Assembly (NCBI GenBank): GCA_964016885.1
Contig: OZ024746.1
Location: 101,742,001-101,806,000 of the forward strand
Source of the DNA: Eledone cirrhosa
Lineage: Eukaryota
Length of the DNA stretch: 64,000 nucleotides
Direction: 5' to 3'
Of this stretch, positions 13,893 to 28,224 are shown one piece after another; position 1 is the first letter of the stretch; every line of letters begins with the position of its first letter. The position numbers and the translations under genes were made by a program. Under the pieces are notes generated by a model. That model ran no database searches. It saw only the letters and a list, made by a program, of their open reading frames with translations, and was not told the origin of the DNA.

Positions 13893-13958
13893 TATTTTAT
13901 CTGACGAAGGCATGCCATATTTTTAATATGGCATCCCTGAAATATGTATAATGAAATA
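13893..13958 (+). ncRNA. Type I hammerhead ribozyme with minimal stem III
   Basis: Stem I UAUUUUAU/AUGAAAUA, core CUGACGA, stem II AGGcAUGCCAUAUU/AAUAUGGCAUcCCU, GAA-AUAUGUAU-A. Predicted cleavage after 13950. Confidence 0.82.
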
Positions 13959-14108
13959 AATATGGTTTTATAAATATAGTTTCCATTTGTTTAATATCGT
14001 ATATCTACTCCAAAAACTTGTCGAGTGCTTTATATCGGTTATAAAATATTTACTTGTTGTAACCCAACAATTTTAAATAAAACTTTTGCATATATATATA
14101 TATATATA

Positions 14109-14177
<69 letters not shown>

Positions 14178-14363
14178 ACATACACATATATATACACACA
14201 TGTACATACACACACGTACATACACACATATACACGCATACATACGCACACTCATATATAGATATATATACACACACCTACATATGCACACATACAATTA
14301 GTTATAAGAAAAAATAAAAAACAATGAACAAACATATAATGCAATAGGCCGTCACATAAAAAT

Positions 14364-14535
<172 letters not shown>

Positions 14536-14819
14536 GAGAGGGAGAGAGGATTATGTAGCAATTGAAAGAGATTTCAATTAGGTTTCAAGCTGGAATCTTC
14601 TTCAAACTCAAAGTAGTCCAAATCATGTACCCCCCCCCCCTCTCAAGGTGTAAACAAGTTATAAGACTATCATTTCTCAAACAAGAATGTCATTTGGAAA
14701 ATAAACAAATCCTCATACAAACTAACATAAACCCTATTCCAACATATTTCACTGACTCAAACAGCTAGAATTATTTCATCCATTTCAAAGAACTTCTTTT
14801 CAGAGAACTCACAGCTGGC

Positions 14820-15015
14820 TGGAAAGCATACTAGAAGCATCTACGTGGCTGCTCAACCTACTAGAAATAGCAGCTAACTATCGCCCAAAAAGAAAATACA
14901 TATTGTATAATGCATTTCTAGACACAGTATGTTTAAAGTGAAATATGATTGGAATGCATTTGATCATCAGCCTGTTTGACCAGGGTTGACCTAGGGTTAA
15001 ACAATAACAACAAAT
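14820..15015 (+). mobile_element. Probable SINE 3' fragment with (AAC)n-like tail
   Basis: Ends GACCAGGGTTGACCTAGGGTTAAACAATAACAACAA. Recognised by general resemblance only. Confidence 0.3.
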
Positions 15016-15134
15016 AGTTATCCATAGTTGTAATTTAAGAATGTTTTAATCAGGGATATTTGTGGTATATACTGGCTATCAAACTAATTAGGTATTCAAA
15101 AGAAAACTGAAAGAGCAAAATCTATCTAACGTTT

Positions 15135-18100
15135 CTCTAATACTCTAATAGTCAAATAGTCTAATACTCTAATACTCTAATACTCTAATAGTCTAATACT
15201 CTAATAGTCTAATAGTCTATTACTCTAAGAGTCTAATAGTCTAATACTCTAATACACTAATACTCTAATAGTTTAATAGTCTAATACACTAATACTCTAA
15301 TACTCTAATACTCTAATAGTCTAATACTCTAAAAGTCTAATACTCTATTAGAGTATTAGACTATTAGACTATTAGAGTATTAGTGTATTAGACTATTAGA
15401 GTATTAGTGTATTAGACTATTAAACTATTAGAGTATTAGTGTATTAGAGTATTAGACTATTAGACTCTTAGAGTAATAGACTATTAGACTATTAGAGTAT
15501 TAGACTATTAGACCAATTAGTCTAATGCCTATTAGAGTATTAGAGTATTAGAGTATTAGGGTATTAGACTATTAGACTATTAGAGTATTAGAGTATTAGA
15601 CTATTAGAGTATTAGTGTATTAGACTATTAGAGTATTAGTGTATTAGACTATTAAACTATTAGAGTATTAGTGTATTAGAGTATTAGACTATTAGACTCT
15701 TAGAGTAATAGACTATTAGACTATTAGAGTATTAGACTATTAGACCAATTAGTCTAATGCCTATTAGAGTATTAGAGTATTAGAGTATTAGGGTATTAGA
15801 CTATTAGACTATTAGAGTATTAGAGTATTAGACTATTAGAGTATTAGACCAATTAGTCTAATGTCTATTAGACTATTAGACTATTTGCCTATTAGAGTAT
15901 TAGACTATTAGAGTATTAGGGTATTAGACTATTAGAATATTAGACTATTAGAGTATTAGACTATTAGAGTATTAGACTTTTAGAGTATTAGAGTATTAGA
16001 CTATTAGTCTAATACTCTAATAGTCTAATAGTCTAATAGTCTAATGCTCTAATAGTCTAATAGTCTAATAGTCTAGTACTCTAATAGGCAAATAGTCTAA
16101 TAGTCTAATAGACATTAGACTAATTGGTCTAATAGTCTAATACTCTAATAGTCTAATAGTCTATTACTCTAAGAGTCTAATACTCTAATAGTCTAATACT
16201 CTAATACTCTAATAGTCTAATGCTCTAATAGTCTAATACTCTAATATTCTAATACTCTAATACTCTAATATTCTAATAGTCTAATACCCTAATACTCTAA
16301 TAGTCTAATGCTCTAATAGTCTAATACTCTAATAGTCTAATACTCTAATTCTCTAATAGTCTAATAGTCTAATACCCTAATACTCTAATAGTCTAATGCT
16401 CTAATAGTCTAATACACTAATACTCTAATAGTCTAATGCTCTAATAGTCTAATACTCTAATACTCTAATTGTCTAATAGTCTAATAGTCTAATACACTAA
16501 TAGGCATTAGACTAATTGATCTAATAGTCTAATACTCTAATAGTCTAATACTCTAATATTCTAATAGTCTAATACTCTAATATTCTAATAGTCTAATACT
16601 CTAATACTCTAATATTCTAATAGTCTAATACTCTAATAGTCTAATAGTCTATTACTCTAAGAGTCTAATAGTCTAATACTCTAATACACTAATACTCTAA
16701 TAGTTTAATAGTCTAATACACTAATACTCTAATACTCTAATACTCTAATAGTCTAATACTCTAAAAGTCTAATACTCTATTAGAGTATTAGACTATTAGA
16801 CTATTAGAGTATTAGTGTATTAGACTATTAGAGTATTAGTGTATTAGACTATTAAACTATTAGAGTATTAGTGTATTAGAGTATTAGACTATTAGACTCT
16901 TAGAGTAATAGACTATTAGACTATTAGAGTATTAGACTATTAGACCAATTAGTCTAATGCCTATTAGAGTATTAGAGTATTAGAGTATTAGGGTATTAGA
17001 CTATTAGACTATTAGAGTATTAGAGTATTAGACTATTAGAGTATTAGACCAATTAGTCTAATGTCTATTAGACTATTAGACTATTTGCCTATTAGAGTAT
17101 TAGACTATTAGAGTATTAGGGTATTAGACTATTAGAATATTAGACTATTAGAGTATTAGACTATTAGAGTATTAGACTTTTAGAGTATTAGAGTATTAGA
17201 CTATTAGTCTAATACTCTAATAGTCTAATAGTCTAATAGTCTAATGCTCTAATAGTCTAATAGTCTAATAGTCTAGTACTCTAATAGGCAAATAGTCTAA
17301 TAGTCTAATAGACATTAGACTAATTGGTCTAATAGTCTAATACTCTAATAGTCTAATAGTCTATTACTCTAAGAGTCTAATACTCTAATAGTCTAATACT
17401 CTAATACTCTAATAGTCTAATGCTCTAATAGTCTAATACTCTAATATTCTAATACTCTAATACTCTAATATTCTAATAGTCTAATACCCTAATACTCTAA
17501 TAGTCTAATGCTCTAATAGTCTAATACTCTAATAGTCTAATACTCTAATTCTCTAATAGTCTAATAGTCTAATACCCTAATACTCTAATAGTCTAATGCT
17601 CTAATAGTCTAATACACTAATACTCTAATAGTCTAATGCTCTAATAGTCTAATACTCTAATACTCTAATTGTCTAATAGTCTAATAGTCTAATACACTAA
17701 TAGGCATTAGACTAATTGATCTAATAGTCTAATACTCTAATAGTCTAATACTCTAATATTCTAATAGTCTAATACTCTAATATTCTAATAGTCTAATACT
17801 CTAATACTCTAATATTCTAATAGTCTAATACTCTAATAGTCTAATACTCTAATATTCTAATAGTCTAATACTCTAATAGTCTAATACTCTAATATTCTAA
17901 TAGTCTAATACTCTAATAGTCTAATACTCTAATAGTCTAATACTCTAATATTCTAATAGTCTAATATTCTAATAGTCTAATATTCTAATAGTCTAATACT
18001 CTAATATTCTAATAGTCTAATACTCTAATAGTCTAATACTCTAATAGTCTAATACTCTAATATTCTAATAGTCTAATACTCTAATATTCTAATAGTCTAA

Positions 18101-19630
18101 TACTCTAATATTCTAATAGTCTAATACTCTAATAGTCTAATACTCTAATAGTCTAATACTCTAATATTCTAATAGTCTAATACTCTAATAGTCTAATACT
18201 CTAATAGTCTAATACTCTAATATTCTAATAGTCTAATACTCTAATAGTCTAATACTCTAATAGTCTAATACTCTAATATTCTAATAGTCTAATACTCTAA
18301 TAGTCTAATACTCTAATAGTCTAATACTCTAATATTCTAATAGTCTAATACTCTAATATTCTAATAGTCTAATACTCTAATAGTCTAATACTCTAATAGT
18401 CTAATACTCTAATATTCTAATAGTCTAATACTCTAATATTCTAATAGTCTAATACTCTAATATTCTAATAGTCTAATACTCTAATATTCTAATAGTCTAA
18501 TACTCTAATAGTCTAATACTCTAATAGTCTAATACTCTAATATTCTAATAGTCTAATACTCTAATAGTCTAATATTCTAATAGTCTAATACTCTAATAGT
18601 CTAATACTCTAATAGTCTAATACTCTAATATTCTAATAGTCTAATACTCTAATAGTCTAATACTCTAATAGTCTAATACTCTAATATTCTAATACTCTAA
18701 TAGTCTAATACTCTAATATTCTAATAGTCTAATACTCTAATAGTCTAATACTCTAATAGTCTAATACTCTAATATTCTAATAGTCTAATACTCTAATAGT
18801 CTAATACTCTAATATTCTAATAGTCTAATACTCTAATATTCTAATAGTATAATACTCTAATAGTCTAATACTCTAATATTCTAATAGTCTAATACTCTAA
18901 TAGTCTAATACTCTAATATTCTAATAGTCTAATACTCTAATATTCTAATAGTCTAATACTCTAATAGTCTAATACTCTAATAGTCTAATACTCTAATATT
19001 CTAATAGTCTAATACTCTAATATTCTAATAGTCTAATACTCTAATAGTCTCATACTCTAATAGTCTAATACTCTAATATTCTAATAGTCTAATACTCTAA
19101 TATTCTAATAGTCTAATACTCTAATAGTCTAATACTCTAATAGTCTAATACTCTAATAGTCTAATACTCTAATATTCTAATAGTCTAATACTCTAATAGT
19201 CTAATACTCTAATAGTCTAATACTCTAATAGTCTAATACTCTAATATTCTAATAGTCTAATACTCTAATATTCTAATAGTCTAATACTCTAATAGTCTAA
19301 TACTCTAATAGTCTAATACTCTAATATTCTAATAGTCTAATACTCTAATATTCTAATAGTCTAATACTCTAATAGTCTAATACTCTAATAGTCTAATACT
19401 CTAATATTCTAATAGTCTAATACTCTAATATTCTAATAGTCTAATACTCTAATAGTCTAATACTCTAATAGTCTAATACTCTAATATTCTAATAGTCTAA
19501 TACTCTAATACTCTAATACTCTAATAGTCTAATACTCTAATATTCTAATAGTCTAATACTCTAATACTCTAATACTCTAATAGTCTAATACTCTAATACT
19601 CTAATAGTCTAATACTCTAATACTCTAATA
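15135..19630. repeat. 8-bp satellite TA(CT/GT/TT/CA)CTAA with polarity flips and a 1200-bp higher-order duplication
   Basis: Orientation switches near 15346, 16006, 16778 and 17206. Lines compared across 15601-16645 recur at +1200. Confidence 0.95.
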
Positions 19631-19689
19631 CATTCTTCCAATTATGGACATATGGTGGGTGTTAACAGGTTTTCTTGACCTGAATGATG

Positions 19690-22600
19690 ACATTAATATC
19701 TGTGGGAAAGGCATCGGGTGACGCGTTCAGTGGAACGGGCCTCGAACTTTTAGTTCAAATGAGGCCTGAAAGGATCGTTCAGATCCCTGAACGCGTCATA
19801 CTTGATGACCAAAATTTTATAAACATTACCGTTGAGGGTAGGCAGCCCTCGTGTTACCTCTGTGGAACCAGAGATCACCTGAAGGCTGTCTGTCCTCAAT
19901 TTAAAAAGAAAACTCCAATTCTGCCCACACCACCAACAACTACACAACCAAGACAATCACCAACTCCACCACTACAAAAACAACAACCACAAGTTAACAC
20001 AAAACAAAACACTGTCCAATCCATTCCCCCCACTCAAAAAACAATTTCCAAAACACCCGCACCGCAAACACTACCCGGAAATTTACCCCTCCCCTCCAAC
20101 ACAGAAGACGACGCCCGTTCGTCATCAGACGAGGGGGAGCATTTCCAAAAAGTTAAAAGAAAGAAAAAAAAACACCTTAGACACACAAATAAAAACAACC
20201 CCTCCCCAAAACATAACACAGACATCAACACAAAAGAACACACAACAACAGCAAACAAAAAACACCACACAAAAACAAAAATATGCATACACATACATAA
20301 ACACAAGAAACAAAAAACCGTTGAACATTATTTATAATAACAATTTGGTAAAAACCGAAGGGCCTAACTTCACCCAGGCAGGGGATTTCCCCCACCTCAA
20401 AATGATAAAAGTCCCAGAGGACATATACAGAACTTTAAAGGACAATTTTAAAGAGGACGTGGTCCCCCCCCCCCTGCGTCGGACCCATTAACCGCGTCTT
20501 CCTAAAAAATTTCCCCACCCCCTCCCCAAACACCCACACAACTCCAAACAACCGAACCCCACCACACACTGATGCCCCCACTCTACCACAAACCTCCCCC
20601 CCCCCCACCCAACAACCCCTCCCCTCACACCCATGGAAATTGTGCGACCTGGTCCCCGGGACGCAGAGAGGTAGGTGCCTCCTTTTCCTCTTTACATGGC
20701 TGTATTGAGAGTAGCTTGTCTAAATGCACGCGGCCTGGGCTCATATTGGAAGCAACCAAAACTTCTAAATTACCTCAGGTCACGCTGTATAAATGTGATG
20801 GTCATTTGCGAGGCCCGGATCAGCAGCGTGTGCCAGCTAGCCCTCAACTTTGACGATTTTGAGATGCACACATCTCTCTGTCAACCCGGAGGTGGGGGTG
20901 GGGTTGTCGTTCTGCTGCAAAAACATCTGGGTCTCGCCGCACAGACGGTACACCTGGACCTGGAGGGTCGACTGGTGGTTTTAGAGGTTGGCAGTGGTGA
21001 ATGCGGAGCCTTTAGGCCGGTCGCCGCCTACGCCCCTTTTGGGTCGGCGCGGCTGGATTTCTTCCAACGTCTGGAGACTTTTCTGGGGACGTCCCACTCC
21101 TTGCTTTTAGTGGGAGACTGGAATGGTATCCTAGATGCACGTTGGGACTATGTAGGAGCATGTCCCGATAGAGGGGGGTGTAACAGCCTCAAGGAGTTAA
21201 TCGGCCGATTTGACCTGGCCGATAGATATCGACTAGATTTTCCGACTGCGCCAACCTGGACTTGGGCAAACCGCAGCAGATCATCTAGGTCGTACCTAGA
21301 TAGGGTCCTAGTTAGAAATAAGGATAGGGACCTTTTAAACTGTCCAAAGATGCTCATGGTTGGCTATTCAGATCACAAATTAGGGACCTGCATACTCAAC
21401 CTTGATAGAACCCATAGACAGGGACCCGGTTACTGGAAGCTCAACTTGTCCTTACCAGCAAGTAAGGCTTACAGGGACCGGATTAGTACTTTAGTTAAGG
21501 AGCGGTTGACGGGAGCGATCGTCAACAGCAGGTGGTGGGGATCTCTCAAAAGAGAGATTAGAGTAGTTTCAATAGGATATAGTAAGGAGTTAGTCTCAGA
21601 TAGAAATAGGAAGGAAAGGGAGTTGGTAGATAGTGTAGAAGAGGCAATTAGAAGCGGCGACGTGGCCAGAGTGCTAGCGTCGAGAACGGCCCTGGGCCGG
21701 TTCTTTGACGTGAAGCACGAAAGCTGCGTTGTCCGAAGCAAAATACGTGATCTAGGAAATGAGGGGACCAAAGCTGTTAGCTGGGCTCGCGTGACAGAAG
21801 CCAAAAGAGGGATTAGATCCACTATCCGGTCTTTGCGAGACCAGGATGGATGGGTGATCCTTGAACCTAAGCAGATGTGTGAGGCCTTTCAAAGGCACTT
21901 TACCCGATTGTTCGGGAGGGGCGGGGGGCTGAATGGGGATGTGGACTTCGGTCCATACCTCGACGGCTTGCCGTGTCTATCGGACGAGGAGGGGAAGTCC
22001 TGCGAGGGGCCGATTTCAGCCGCTGAGATAGGGGACGTGCTGAGCCGATGCGGCAAACGCAAATCTCCGGGTCTCGATGGTCTTCCATACGAACTATATC
22101 TAGCTATGCCGGACTTGTTCCCCGATCTCCTCGAGGCGGTCTACTGCAACTGGCAACAGAACGGGAGAATTCCCTGTTCTGTGACCAAGGGCGTAGTCTC
22201 GCTAGTGAGGAAGGATGAGAACAAGAGGGACGAAATAAGTAATTTCAGGCCCATAACTCTGCTAAATGCAGAGTTAAAGATTTTGGCCAAGGTGTTAGCA
22301 AAGAGGTTGGCGCTTGTCGTGGGCAACCTGGTGGGAGATGCGCAGACATGTGTTATCCCATCCAGGTCCATCCACGACAACCTCCACCTTATGCGATACA
22401 TTATAGAGAGGGTTGGGAACGAACCCGGCTTTGGTGGGGCCCTGATCAACTTGAATCAATCTAAGGCATTCGATAGGGTTGACCATGGTTACCTGGATGC
22501 AGTGCTAGTGGCAGCAGGTTTCGGACCCGTTTTCAGGGGCTGGATCACTGCCATGCACAGCAGCCGCATCTGCTCTAGAGTCAAGGGGAACGGCTACCTC

Positions 22601-24330
22601 TTGAAGCCGTTCGAAATCATGCAGTCCATCCGACAAGGGTGCCTCTCTCCTCCCTTCTGTATGCTGAAGTTGGAGTTGTTGCAGGGCATCCCTTTGGAAC
22701 CGGGATTGCGGAAAGCGGTATCGGCCTACGCCGATGACGTAACAGTAATGGTGTCGGCCGCCTCGGAAATCGGGGCGATCGGCACCTTACTGGAGGAGTA
22801 CAAAAGGTTTACAGGGGCTAAGCTGAACCGGGACAAGTCGATCGGGTTGCAACTCGGCACGTGGAGCGGCAAATCAATGCTCTCCGATTGCGTCGTCGGA
22901 CGCTGGACGGAGGGCCCGGTGAAGTTGCTCGGGGTCTGGTTCGAACCAGACCTCCAGGTGGAGAAGAACTGGGGTGAGATAACGAACAGGGTGTTTGCTC
23001 TAACCCAGAAGTGGGCCGAGTGCAAACTGTCCCTGAAAGGTCGGGCGGAGGTGGCGAACACTTATATAGCGTCCGTTATCTACTACCACCTGACCGTCGT
23101 GCTTTGCCCAAAGGAAACGCTCACCAAAATGGAGCGCGCACTCTTCCAATTCCTTTGTAAGAAGCCGACGCCTTTGGTGAGGCGATCCATCTGCTGTCAA
23201 CACCCTTCGAAAGGAGGGCTGGGGATGCCATGGCTGCTGATGCGTAAACACGCATTAAGGCTACGACACCTCCAGGTATTCCTCACTGGTCAACCGGTGT
23301 GGGCTCAGTTTGTGAGACGAACCTTTCCGAGACTCGTTTCACTCACCGAGTTGCAATCCTCGGTCAAGCAAAGACCAAGAAAACTGGGCGCCTGGGACAC
23401 CGAGTGTGTCCAAGCGCTCACGGCTCTCTGGCATGCGGACCTGGCTGTCAGTGGAGAATCCACCTCGACATTCTATAGAAGGCTGGTACTCAGCAGGTGC
23501 GACAACGCCCTCGGAGAAGCACTAGGCCTGGAGGAAGACGAACTGGCCAGCCTGTTTGGTAGGACATTTAGCCCGGGACCCATGGACAACTTCCAGAGGT
23601 CCCTGGCCTGGCAGTGCTACCGAGGGGCTCTGCCCGTTCGAGACAAGCTCTACAGACACGGGCGCCCGGGTAGGGACCCCTCGAAAAAGATCTGTCCAGA
23701 TGCGTGCGCGACGAGGAAACCATGCATTGGTACACTGCCCGGGCGTCGCCGATCTGCGGGGCTATGTCGAATGACTGCTGTCACGGGTGGGACCTATCCA
23801 GTTGACCACCGAGTCCATTATAATGATCAAGCCGCCTCCCTCCTTCAAAAATGAAGGAGAGGCGGTGTTTCTGTGCGTAATAGCCATGGTGAAAGAGGTT
23901 GCATGGTGGACGCGTCTGAAAGGACTGAGGTCAGACACCTTTCTCTCAGGCCAACAACTGGTCCTTTTCTCCCGATATCATTTCGGAAGAAGGATCAGGA
24001 TGGAGAGAGAGGTGCTCCAGCCCAGCCAGTTTTATGAAAGGGGGGTGAAAGTGGCGAGAATGGCCCGTGTGAATGGGCCTTCTCTCAATATAAGCATGTA
24101 GGTGAAAAAGATGGAAGAACAAGGGAGCACCCTCTCTCTGTGCTCCTGAGGAGAAGGGTTGCACACTTTTTGGGGGGGTGTGTGCGACCCCCTAAAAGGC
24201 CCCCTCCCTATTGAGGACTTTATTGTTAATTTTATATTTGTTATTTGTTTTTTTTAATCGTTCCTTTGTGTAAACTGCCCCCTTTGTATTTGTCTCCTTC
24301 TTTTGCTCCCTCGTGGCAATAAATAGAAAC
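19690..24330 (+). mobile_element. Tx1/L1-clade LINE, 5'-truncated (copy 1)
   Basis: ORF1 remnant with CCHC knuckle CYLCGTRDHLKAVC, ORF2 APE-RT, and a 3' end CCCTCGTGGCAATAAATAGAAA like the other copies. Confidence 0.92.
20696..24101 (+). pseudogene. Tx1 ORF2 APE endonuclease-reverse transcriptase, frameshifted near the C-terminus
   Basis: LNARGL, GDWN, SYLDR, SDH, WKLN, SPGLDG, RPITLLN, RQGC and YADD. Motif A reads NQSKAFD versus DQSKAFD in the other copies. Confidence 0.9.
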
Positions 24331-25565
24331 AATACAACTATATCCCTTAATACAACTATATCTCTTAATACAACTATATCCCTTAATACAACTATATCCC
24401 TTAATACAACTATATCGCTTAATACAACTATATCCCTTAATACAACTATATCTCTTAATACAACTATATCTCCTTAATACAACTATATCCCCTTAATACA
24501 ACTATATCCCTTAATACAACTATATCGCTTAATACAACTATATCCCTTAATACAATTATATCTCTTAATACAACTATATCTCCTTAATACAACTATATCT
24601 CTTAATACAACTATATCTCCTTAATACAACTATATCCCCTTAATACAACTATATCCCTTAATACAACTCTATCCCTTAATACAACTATATCTCCTTAATA
24701 CAACTATATCTCTTAATACAACTATATCCCTTAATGCAACTATATCCCTTAATACAACTATATCTCCTTAATACAACTATATCCCTTAATACAATTATAT
24801 CTCCTTAATACAACTATATCTCTTAATACAACTATATCCCTTAATACAACTATATCCCCTTATTACAACTATATCCCTTAATACAACTATATCCCTTAAT
24901 ACAACTATATCCCCTTAATAAAACTATATCCCTTAATACAACTATATCCCTTAATACAACTATATCTCCTTAATACAACTATATCCCTTAATACAACTAT
25001 ATCCCTTAATACAACTATATCCCTTAAAACAACTATCTCCCCTAAAACAACTATATCCCTTAAAACAACTATATCCCTTAATACAACTATATCCCCTTAA
25101 TACAACTATATCCCCTTAATACAACTATATCCCCTTAATTCAACTATATCCCTTATTACAACTATATCCCTTAATACAACTATATCTCTTAATACAACTA
25201 TATCCCTTAATACAACTATATCTCTTAATACAACTATATCCCCTTAATTCAACTATATCCCTTATTACAACTATATCCCTTAATACAACTATATCTCTTA
25301 TTACAACTATATCCCTTAATACAACTATATCTCTTATTACAACTATATCCCTTAATACAACTATATCTCTTAATACAACTATATCCCTTAATACAACTAT
25401 ATCCCCTTAATTCAACTATATCCCTTAATACAACTATATTTCTTTAATACAACTATATCCCTTAATACAACTATATCCCCTAAAAAATGTATCCCTTAAT
25501 ACAACTATATCCCCTTAAACAAAATATCCATTAAAACAACTATATCCCCTAAAACAACTATATCC
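24331..25565. repeat. 18-19-bp minisatellite (AATACAACTATATCCCTT)
   Basis: Direct tandem repeats with single-base indels in the C/T run. Confidence 0.95.
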
Positions 25566-25567
25566 CT

Positions 25568-26962
25568 CAACAGTGGTACATCAACCAATGACATTCCACC
25601 AACAGTGGTACATCAACCAATGACATTCCACCAACAGTGGTACATCAACCAATGACATTCCACCAACAGTGGTACATCAACCAATGACATTCCACCAACA
25701 GTGGTACATCAACCAATGACATTCCCCCAACAGTGGTACATCAACCAATGACATTCCACCAACAGTGGTACATCAACCAATGACATTCCCCCAACAGTGG
25801 TACATCAACCAATGACATTCCACCAACAGTGGTACATCAACCAATGACATTCCCCCAACAGTGGTACATCAACCAATGACATACCCCCAACAGTGGTACA
25901 TCAACCAATGACATTCCCCCAACAGTGGTACATCAACCAATGACATTCTCCCAACAGTGGTACATCAACCAATGACATACCCCCCAGCAGCGGTACATCA
26001 ACCAATGACATTCCACCAACAGTGGTACATCAACCAATGACATTCCCCCAACAGTGGTACATCAACCAATGACATACCCCTCAACAGTGGTACATCAACC
26101 AATGACATTCCCCCAACAGTGGTACATCAACCAATGACATTCCCTCAACAGTGGTACATCAACCAATGACATTCCACCAACAGTGGTACATCAACCAATG
26201 ACATTCCCCCAACAGTGGTACATCAACCAATGACATACCCCTCAACAGTGGTACATCAACCAATGACATTCCCCCAACAGTGGTACATCAACCAATGACA
26301 TTCCCCCAACAGTGGTACATCAACCAATGACATACCCCCAACAGTGGTACATCAACCAATGACATTCCCCCAACAGTGGTACATCAACCAATGACATACC
26401 CCCAACAGTGGTACATCAACCAATGACATACCCCCCAACAGTGGTACATCAACCAATGACATTCCCCCAACAGTGGTACATCAACCAATCACATTCCCCC
26501 AACAGTGGTACATCAACCAATCACATTCCCCTAACAGTGGTACATCAACCAATGACATTCCCCCAACAGTGGTACATCAACCAATGACATACCCCCCAGC
26601 AGCAGTACATCAACCAATGACATTCCACCAACAGTAGTACATCAACCAATGACATTCCCCCAACAGTGGTACATCAACCAATGACATTCCCCTAACAGTG
26701 GTACATCAACCAATGACATTCCCCCAACAGTGGTACATCAACCAATGACATACCCCCAACAGTGGTACATCAACCAATGACATACCCCCAACAGTGGTAC
26801 ATCAACCAATGACATTCCCCCAACAGTGGTACATCAACCAATCACATTCCCCCAACAGTGGTACATCAACCAATCACATTCCTCCAACAGTGGTACATCA
26901 ACCAATCACATTCCCCCAACAGTGGTACATCAACCAATCACATTCCCCTAACAGTGGTACAT
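25568..26962. repeat. 32-bp minisatellite (AACAGTGGTACATCAACCAATGACATTCC[A/C]CC)
   Basis: Period 32 (25569 to 25601), about 43 copies, directly abutting the 18-bp array. Confidence 0.95.
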
Positions 26963-27800
26963 ATCAAGAAGATATAGTTGAACATGATTCAATAATATTC
27001 TAGCTCTCAGTTATGATGGGAGGGAAAGATAATTTTGATTTAGAAGACACAATGACGGATACATCCATACATGACAGGCCTAAAATAGATGATTGGCACT
27101 GCCCTTTCTCTTTAGATTAACAATCACTGAAGCATATGTTCACTTTTGATGTAATTCTATTGATTTTCCTTGTAGATATATTCATTTCTCCAATTTTTAA
27201 AAATTGTATTTGTCTATAAAAAAAAGAGCTGTGCCCTCTCAGCTGTCAGTAATAATACATACAACTCGGGTTGGTTAAGTTATTTTTGGTTGTCAAACGA
27301 TTTCTTTTTATCAATATAAACTGATGCTTTAATAATACATAAAATATTTTGACATTGTATTTGTCAGAAAAATATTATTTCAGAGTCTTCTATTATTTGA
27401 TATACAACTATCTCTACAGTAGAAGATAAGATAGATTTATTTAAAACTTGACTTGTCTTTTAAAGAAGCAAGTGAACAAAAACACACAATAATTATGGCC
27501 TAAAGTAATCTGATATTATTATGAATTTTCTTTTTATTAATGTATATTTTTTGTTTTTCTTTTTAACCAAATTTTGGTTCAAATTCTAAATTGATAAGAT
27601 AAAGAAAATTTCCAGAAGTAAGTTTTAAATTTTATATTTTCTGTTGGTTCAGAGAAAAAAGACAGAGAATTCCTTATAATCAACACATCTCCCTCGCCAT
27701 CCTCCAGGGACACACCTTCTTTAATCTGTCTACATGGGCTCCCATTTGCTTATAAAAGTGAGAGATAAGGAGAGCAAGATAAATAAAGACTGTGAGTGAA

Positions 27801-27833
<33 letters not shown>

Positions 27834-27873
27834 CAGTGAGTGAAAGAGAGAGGGAGAGACAGAGGCAGTGAGT

Positions 27874-27912
<39 letters not shown>

Positions 27913-28224
27913 GGAGGCAGTGAGGGTAAGAGAGAGAACATCAACACTTATTTATTTAGTTGTATTTATCTGTATTATTTGAGCTATTTGACAAAATAAG
28001 GATCTGAATGTGTGTTGACTAGTGGACCAGTGTTGTCAATAATGATGGCAATAGCGTTGAATGTTTCAATCTTTGTAGTCAAGGAATAGTAAGTCATATA
28101 TACGAGGAACACTAAATATGTAAAACAATTAGACTAACTGGAAAATTTGCATTTTGAAAATTAATGGTTTCAATCTTTTCAGTTGACAATTAAATATTTT
28201 ATTCACTCTGTAAAATATAAGGCA

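Larger units (their letters stand above)
13445..14089. mobile_element. Penelope-type terminal repeat forming a fold-back palindrome (arms about 13445-13715 and 13728-13998), flanked by (TA)n
   Basis: Near-perfect inverted arms, each with an HHR. Same family as 38487-38900 in the opposite orientation. Confidence 0.75.

Noticed and set aside
15135-19630. Telomeric repeat
   Set aside because: The unit is an 8-mer TTAGAGTA/TTAGACTA. TTAGGG appears only as a rare isolated variant.
25568-26962. 32-bp repeat as a CRISPR array or coding repeat
   Set aside because: No spacers, the period is not a multiple of 3, and ORFs are short.
26963-27230. Possible minus-strand exon after acceptor TTTTTTTTATAG
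   Set aside because: All three frames stop within about 100 nt and there is no convincing donor.
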